13,548 nucleotides of DNA from an uncultured Chloroflexia bacterium. Its GTDB lineage: Bacteria > Chloroflexota > Limnocylindria > Limnocylindrales > CSP1-4. The translations under genes and the position numbers were made by a program. Below, one piece after another: positions 8,143 through 13,548 of this stretch. The notes beneath the pieces are model-generated. The model did not search any database. It saw nothing but the letters and a program-made list of their open reading frames with translations, and was not told the origin of the DNA. The stretch lies in the NCBI GenBank assembly GCA_963828165.1, contig CAWHDR010000003.1:1-13548 (forward strand). Direction: 5' to 3'. The stretch's first letter is position 1. Each line of letters begins with the position of its first letter.

Positions 8143-9501
8143 ATGAGGCTCGCCCCAACCATGCCAGCCGCCCTGCGCCGCGCGCTCCAGGCGGCCGTCG
8201 GCGAGGGGCATGTTCTCGATGACCCAGCCCTCCGAGCCGGCTTCGAGCGCGACTGGACCGGCCGCTTCGGCGGTCCCGCCGTGGCTGTCGTCCGGCCACG
8301 CACGGCCGGAGAGGTCGCGATGGTGCTGGCCCACTGCGCGGAGGCGGGGGTCCGAGTGGTCCCGCAAGGCGGCAACACGGGCCTGGTCGGTGGAGGCGTG
8401 CCTCGCGACGGAGAGCTCCTTCTGTCCGTCCGTCGCCTCTCGGCGGTCGGTGCGGTGGATCCGGCCACGCGCACGGTCACGGTTGGCGCCGGCGCGACGC
8501 TGGCAGCGACAGCGCTGGCCGCTGACGGCGCCGGCCTGGCCCTTGGCATCGATCTCGCGTCCCGTGACGCAGCGACGATCGGGGGAATGGTCGCCACCAA
8601 CGCGGGCGGGCTGCACGTCCTCGCTCACGGCAGGATGCGGTCGCATGTCGCGGCCCTGGAAGCCGTGACGGCGGCCGGCGAGCTCATCCCGCATGCATCT
8701 GTCAACGAGCTCGTGGGCAGCGAGGGCACGCTGGCGGTCGTGACGAGTGTCACCTTGGGATTGCGTGAGCGTCACGAGAAGGCCGCAATCGCGGTCGTCG
8801 GCTGTGCCAGCGCGCTTGCCGCCGTTGACCTGGTCACTCGGATCCGGACTACGTTGCCGTCACTCGTCGCGGCGGAGCTGATGCAGGCCGACGGCCTGCG
8901 CCTGGTCGCCGATTACCTAGGCATCCAGCTGCCGTTCGACCCGGTGCCGCCGATCATTCTGTTGCTCGAATGCCGCGACGACCGTGACCCAGTGGACGCC
9001 CTGGCCGAGACCCTCGCGGAGGTGGCGGACGACGTCGTGGTCGGCGCGGACGCGGCTGATCGCCGCCGCCTGTGGGCCATCCGCGAAGCACATGCGGAGG
9101 CGGTCGCGGCGCTTGGCATCCCGCACAAGCTCGATGTCTGGGTCCCTGGAGACGGGCTTGCCACGTTCCTCGACAGGGTTGGGCCGCTGGTCGAATTGAT
9201 CGCGCCCGGCGCCCGGACGTTCGTGTTCGGGCACGTCGGCGTCGGCAACCTCCACGTGAACGTCGTGGGTCCGTCCAACGACTCGATCGCCGTCGATGAC
9301 GCCGTTCTGCGTCTCGTCGCCGCGACTGGCGGGGACGTCGTGGGTGAGCACGGCGCCGGCATCATGAAGTCCCGCTGGCTCGGGTTGACTCGGACGACCG
9401 AGGAGCTCGTCGCAGTCGACCGCCGAAAGCGATCCTACGACCCGATGGGCCTCCTCAATCCAGGTGTCGTCGCCGGCGCTCGCCTGGGCCGGCCGGCTTA
9501 G
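8143..9501 (+). CDS. FAD-binding oxidoreductase, VAO/PCMH family, D-2-hydroxyacid dehydrogenase (GlcD/D2HGDH/Dld)-like
   Basis: PQGGNTGLVGG, ATIGGMVATNAGG, GSEGTLAVVT, FGHVGVGNLH, GEHGAG, DPMGLLNPG. Start is uncertain (8143, 8161, or 8114 if a base is missing). Confidence 0.92.
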   Translation: MRLAPTMPAALRRALQAAVGEGHVLDDPALRAGFERDWTGRFGGPAVAVVRPRTAGEVAMVLAHCAEAGVRVVPQGGNTGLVGGGVPRDGELLLSVRRLSAVGAVDPATRTVTVGAGATLAATALAADGAGLALGIDLASRDAATIGGMVATNAGGLHVLAHGRMRSHVAALEAVTAAGELIPHASVNELVGSEGTLAVVTSVTLGLRERHEKAAIAVVGCASALAAVDLVTRIRTTLPSLVAAELMQADGLRLVADYLGIQLPFDPVPPIILLLECRDDRDPVDALAETLAEVADDVVVGADAADRRRLWAIREAHAEAVAALGIPHKLDVWVPGDGLATFLDRVGPLVELIAPGARTFVFGHVGVGNLHVNVVGPSNDSIAVDDAVLRLVAATGGDVVGEHGAGIMKSRWLGLTRTTEELVAVDRRKRSYDPMGLLNPGVVAGARLGRPA

Positions 9502-9537
9502 TCGCGGCGCTTGGACGAGCGCTCCACATCCGCCCGA

Positions 9538-9942
9538 CTAGGACGGGTGGCGCCATTCCCCAGCCTCGACGTAGCTCGCGGGCGACTCACGCGTTTCACC
9601 GAAGGCAGGCAACGGGGTCAGGATCGACAGCCAGATCACGGGCTCCCTGGCATCGGACGCGACCCAGTTCCGGTGTTTGGTGCCTGCCTGGATGACGACG
9701 AAATCGTTCGGCCCAGCCTGGTACTCCTCGCCCGCGATCTCGAAGAACATCGTCCCGCTGAAAATGAAGATGTTGTGATCGAACGTGTGGTCATGAAGGC
9801 CTCGCGGGGATGACGTCCCTGGGGCACTCCGCTGCACGGAGACGCGGCATGTCGTGGCACCCGAGTCTCGCTCCAGGAGCATCTGCACGCGCTGGTCACC
9901 ATCGTCGAGGCGCTCAAAATGAACCGGTCTCACGTACTGCAC
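9538..9942 (-). CDS. Cupin domain protein with a predicted 4-His metal site, 134 aa
   Basis: Motif 1 PGTSSPRGLHDHTFDHNIFIFSG and motif 2 NDFVVIQAGTKHRNW. SD GGAGG at 9950-9954, 7 nt before the GTG. Confidence 0.9.
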   Translation of the reverse strand: MQYVRPVHFERLDDGDQRVQMLLERDSGATTCRVSVQRSAPGTSSPRGLHDHTFDHNIFIFSGTMFFEIAGEEYQAGPNDFVVIQAGTKHRNWVASDAREPVIWLSILTPLPAFGETRESPASYVEAGEWRHPS

Positions 9943-9987
9943 GCGATCGCCTCCCTTCCCAAATTGGCATTCATCGGTTGTGGACGG

Positions 9988-11448
9988 TCATGCATCGCTC
10001 GCCGTTCTCGGACTGACCAGGTCGCCCCAGATATCCAGCGTCTCGCGCGTATCCGGCGACAGATCGAATGCCCAGAGCGCCGCCAGCGCGCGGTCCGCAC
10101 GTTCCAGGGAGGACTGAGGCGCCACCAAGCCGCGGAACTTCGCCTCGATCTCCCCGTCGGACATCGGATTTAGATGATGACCACGCGGGATGCCGGTTCG
10201 GGCCACCCGACGGTCGCCGCTTCGCGTCGTGATCTCAACCTCGCTGATGCCATGACGGGCGGGGTCATCGGCTGGCAGGCTCTGATCTCCGCGAGCCAGC
10301 GTGAAGGCAGGCTCTTCGACAACCCGGATTTGCTGCATCAAGGGCCGGAGGGCCGGATCCGAGATCGCCGCGTCAGCGTAGGACGCCACCGTCAGCGCCC
10401 GGTCGCGAAGCGCGGACGCCATGACGTACGGGAGGCTGTGATCGGCCGTCTCGCGGGTCTTTGGATCCCATTTCTCGGGTTCGCCTCCGCTCTCGAAGAT
10501 GAGGTTGGCGTACGTCCGGACTTCGATCGACTCAACGTCGTAGGGCGTTAGGCCCTCCGACAGCTCGAGCAACGCGTGGATGACAGCGTGGGTCATGTGT
10601 GCGGCTGGGTAACTCTTGAGGTTCGAGAGTTCCACGGCATACCCGTCCCGAGCCGGATTGATGTCGACCTCGAACGGACCCGAGACCTGCTGCCAAAGCC
10701 CATTCCGCCCGTCGAACACCCGATTTGGGCCAGTCATTCCCTTCGCTGCAAGCGACGCGGCGAACACCCCATGCCGTGCTGCGGCGGCCGTCGCCGCGCC
10801 CTTCCAGTGCGAGAGCTCTCCACTCCGAGTCACCCTTAACGGGATGCTCGGCGCGATCGCCAGCGCGATTGCTTGAGCCACCTGTCCCTCGCTCAGTCCC
10901 AGGACAACGGCCACCCCGGCTGCCACGCCGAGTGCGACCGTGATCCCGTGGTCCCATCCGAGGCGGTTGAACGGGACCTTGATCGCTCGATTCGTCTCGT
11001 ACGCAGCGATGACCCCGAGAATCGCCTGCGGTCCGGGAGCATGGATGGCGTCCGCGACGGCGAGCACGCCGAAGATCATGTCGCTTGGGTGGCCGGGTGG
11101 GGATCCGAAGCCGTCGTTGAAGTCCAGGTAGCGGACCATCACGCCATTCGCAAAGGCAGCCATCTCCGGGGAGCTTCGGCCGGCCAGACCGAGCACGCGC
11201 GCAGATTGAGTGGACGTGTGCTCACGGGCAATCTCCCGAGCGATCATCGCGGGTGGCGCGTCGACTCCCCCGACCGCGCAGCCCAGTGCGTCGACGATCC
11301 GGCGCTTCGCATGGTGCACGACTGCGGGTGAGAGCTCGGTCCAGCGCACGGTCGCCGAGAAGCGCGCCAACGCCTTCGTCGGCTCGTCGAGTTCCCCCTC
11401 AAGGATTGTCCCAGTCGTCACGCGACCGGCTCTTCTGTCGAGGCGCAC
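9988..11448 (-). CDS. MmgE/PrpD family protein, copy 2
   Basis: DALGCAVG, AAFANGVMVRYLDFND, GHPSD, GWDHG, RSGELSHWKG, TRETADHSLPY, GHHLNPM; colinear with copy 1. Start is GTG 11448 (directly after GTATGCAATC) or GTG 11421. Confidence 0.95.
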   Translation of the reverse strand: MRLDRRAGRVTTGTILEGELDEPTKALARFSATVRWTELSPAVVHHAKRRIVDALGCAVGGVDAPPAMIAREIAREHTSTQSARVLGLAGRSSPEMAAFANGVMVRYLDFNDGFGSPPGHPSDMIFGVLAVADAIHAPGPQAILGVIAAYETNRAIKVPFNRLGWDHGITVALGVAAGVAVVLGLSEGQVAQAIALAIAPSIPLRVTRSGELSHWKGAATAAAARHGVFAASLAAKGMTGPNRVFDGRNGLWQQVSGPFEVDINPARDGYAVELSNLKSYPAAHMTHAVIHALLELSEGLTPYDVESIEVRTYANLIFESGGEPEKWDPKTRETADHSLPYVMASALRDRALTVASYADAAISDPALRPLMQQIRVVEEPAFTLARGDQSLPADDPARHGISEVEITTRSGDRRVARTGIPRGHHLNPMSDGEIEAKFRGLVAPQSSLERADRALAALWAFDLSPDTRETLDIWGDLVSPRTASDA

Positions 11449-11480
11449 GATTGCATACCGTCAGCGTACGCGTCGCGTAC
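11449..11480 (-). promoter_or_regulatory. Candidate operator/promoter of the PrpD copy 2-cupin operon
   Basis: GATTGCATAC (11449-11458), identical to 7635-7644, plus a perfect 15-bp palindrome GTACGCG-T-CGCGTAC (11466-11480) within a 56-nt intergenic gap. Confidence 0.55.
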
Positions 11481-11504
11481 CAAGATCGCAACGCTTCCTC
11501 GCCC

Positions 11505-13028
11505 CTAACGGCCCAGCAGCTGGTCCACCGGCGCGAAATCGTCCGTCAAAACGACGGCCGAGCCGACGAACGCCTTGACCTCCTCGGGCTCCGTGAGAAC
11601 CCCGGTCGCGGCCCCCTCATCCCACGTCGCGATGGCGGCCGTGATGGTCGCCTCATCGAGCGGTGTTTCGCTCGCCACGAGCACGAGGTTCCCCCCGCTC
11701 AGGCCTTCCAGCGTGGCCTCGCTGCTGATGATCGACACGAACGGAAAGCGAGTCGCGGCAGTAGCCGCTTCGGCCCTGAAGAAGGGGAGCGGCGGGTAGT
11801 CGATCAGGTTGGCGACATACATGCCGCCCGGGCGCAGCACGCGCGCGACCTCGTCGAGAAACGCGGTCGTCGTCAAGTGCCACGGCACGGCGAGCCCGCC
11901 GAACGCATCGCCGAAGACGAGGTCGAAGGAGTCGGATGGGAGCGCACGGATCGATTGGCGCGCGTCGCCAAGGCGCACGTCGATCCGGTCGCTTGGCTCA
12001 TATCCCAGATCCGCACTCGCGATCTCGTAGATGCGCGGATCGAGCTCCAGGACGGTCTGCCGCGCCTCGGGATGCATCGCCTCGATATAGCGCGGGAACG
12101 TGAAGCCGCCGCCACCGACGTGGAGCACGTCGGGGCCCGGCCCAGCGCGGTTCGGAAGGTCGCCGTGGCGTCGGCGAACCGGCGCACGTAGCCGAAGACC
12201 AGGTTGGTCGGGTCGCGCAGGTCGACGGCAGCGTGGGTGAGGCGGTCGAGCACGAGGACCTGGACGTCCGGCTCGGCATCGCGGCTACTGACGGCGATGC
12301 AGTAGTAGGCGCTCTCGGTGTCGCACGGCGACGGCTGGGCCACGGCGAGCCCGCCGGTCAGCAGAACGGCGGCCACGATCAGGGCCGCCGGGCCCGCCCT
12401 CGTGCGCAGCCACAGGCTGATGACGACCCCGATGGCGGCCAGCCCGATCCGATCGAGACGATCAGGATGCGGGTCGGGACGAGCCCGAGCAGCACGAAGC
12501 CGGTCAGGAAGGTGCCCGTGATGGCCCCGACCGTGCCGATCGCCGACAGCCGGCCGACGATCGAACCGCTCGTGGCGAGGTCGGTCAGCGTTCCGCGGAC
12601 GAGCATCGGCGCCGTGGCCGACAAGATGGCTGCCGGGACGACGAACGCGGTCGTCGCGAGGACGACGATCCCGACCAGCCCCTCACCCAGCCCGATGCCC
12701 CCGATCACCCCGACGATCGGCACGGCCGCGATCGCGCTGAGGCCACCGAGGATGAACGCGGGGCCGAGAGCGGCAGCGGCCCGATCGTGTCCGCGATCCT
12801 CCCGCCGATCCAGGCACCGAGCGCGATGCCGGCCAGGATCGCGCCGATGATCCCGGTGTACGTCGTCAGCGAGACGCCGACGTACGGCGCCAGGAGCCGC
12901 CCGGCGGCGATCTCGAGGACCAGGACGCTCGCGGTGGCGATGAACGTCAGGTAGGCGGCGACGACTGGTGGGAGCCGGCGGTCATTGCCCTCGACACCGA
13001 CCCTGCCAGGGACGTCTCGATCCTCCAC
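11505..13028 (-). CDS. Fused membrane domain/spermidine synthase-like SAM-fold protein (about 508 aa after correcting three frameshifts at ~12768, ~12450, ~12133)
   Basis: Four colinear pieces: LVLEIAAGRLLAPYVGVSLTTYTGIIG; VGRLSAIGTVGAITGTFLTGFVL; CDTESAYYCI..LVLDRLTHAAVDLRDPTNLVFGY; VLHVGGGGFTFPRY..ELDP..GDARQ..FDLVFGDAF..VPWHLTT. This is the typical fused MFS/spermidine synthase architecture. Confidence 0.88.
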
Positions 13029-13040
13029 CCGGGCATGTTA
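13029..13040 (-). promoter_or_regulatory. Possible leaderless promoter (TAACAT-N6-GTG) for the fused spermidine-synthase-like gene
   Basis: Minus strand reads TAACAT (13040-13035), GCCCGG, then GTG at 13028: the same geometry as at hyi, with no SD upstream. Confidence 0.4.
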
Positions 13041-13076
13041 GGCGGCTGCTGATCCGCCCGCCGTGACCGACTGGAT

Positions 13077-13547
13077 CTAGTGGACCAGGTCGAAGGCGCC
13101 CTCGGCGAGCAAGGTGTCGCCGCGCATGTAGCGCATCAGGTGACGCCCGTCGCCGCCGTGGAGATAGATCGACAGCTCCGCCCGACCCACGAGGCGGCGG
13201 GTGGTTGGATCGACCGGGATGTCCTCTCGCCAGTGCTCGAATTCGCGACCGTCTGGCAGCACCTGGATGATGAACATCCGCACGGTGGCGGCATTGGCAG
13301 GCTGGATGAGGTCGGCGATCCAGAGGGCCGTCTGGCCCTCGCCAAATTGGCTGGCCGGTGTGGCGATCTCGCCATCGGCGCCAAGCGCGGTACCGAACCG
13401 GATCGCACCCGGCACGGTCGCCGGCGGGGTCGCCGTGGGACGCACCGTCGGACGAGGGGTGGCGGGCCGAGGTGTCGCGGGCCGAGGCGTCGGTCGCTGG
13501 GAGGGTGAGGCCAAGGGCGTTGGCGCCGGACTCGACCCGGGCCCATC
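13077..13547 (-). CDS. Hypothetical protein, C-terminal part: Pro/Thr/Ala-rich linker followed by a ~110-aa beta-rich domain; truncated by the right edge
   Basis: The frame is open to the window edge (DGPGSSPAPTPLASPSQRPTPRPATPRPATPRPT...GAIRFGT...YMRGDTLLAEGAFDLVH*) with GC-rich third positions. Confidence 0.75.
   Translation of the reverse strand, partial: DGPGSSPAPTPLASPSQRPTPRPATPRPATPRPTVRPTATPPATVPGAIRFGTALGADGEIATPASQFGEGQTALWIADLIQPANAATVRMFIIQVLPDGREFEHWREDIPVDPTTRRLVGRAELSIYLHGGDGRHLMRYMRGDTLLAEGAFDLVH
13453..13497. repeat. Degenerate 15-bp coding tandem repeat (3 units) encoding PATPR-like peptides
   Basis: Units cgaggggtggcgggc, cgaggtgtcgcgggc, cgaggcgtcggtcgc. Confidence 0.7.
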
Positions 13548-13548
13548 C

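Noticed and set aside
9502-9537. Terminator between the convergent oxidoreductase and cupin genes
   Set aside because: Only a 5-bp stem (GCGCT/AGCGC) with no U-tract on either strand.
2916-11448. The inverted PrpD copies as ends of an invertible or composite mobile element, or as an assembly duplication
   Set aside because: They are substantially diverged at the nucleotide level, and no recombinase, transposase or target-site duplication is visible.
12130-12770. Programmed ribosomal frameshifting in the broken genes
   Set aside because: No slippery heptamers, and several shifts per gene. Sequencing indels are simpler.
13453-13497. Tandem repeat as a CRISPR or regulatory array
   Set aside because: Three degenerate in-frame 15-mers with no spacers, encoding a Pro-rich linker.

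Overview
GC-rich bacterial DNA (about 70% GC by eye; the Pro/Thr-rich linker protein suggests a Chloroflexota- or Actinomycetota-like host, which is inference only). Most of the window (1-11448) is a densely packed, apparently catabolic cluster. Left arm, minus strand: two translationally coupled MFS transporters, then the N-terminus of a family III CoA-transferase (not in the ORF track) that runs off the left edge. Two divergent MmgE/PrpD-family paralogues point inward and bracket a core of: a 67-aa orphan, a cyclase/KynB-like metal hydrolase, a cupin, an alpha/beta hydrolase, a hydroxypyruvate isomerase-like enzyme, a FlK-type thioesterase, an atypical FAD-linked 2-hydroxyacid oxidoreductase and a 4-His cupin. 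A recurring TGYATRC motif sits at most transcription-unit starts, suggesting one regulon whose regulator lies outside the window. To the right are a fused membrane/spermidine-synthase-like gene and the C-terminus of a Pro-rich hypothetical protein. Six single-base frameshifts in three flanking genes look like sequencing or assembly errors. I saw no RNA genes, mobile elements or CRISPR arrays.
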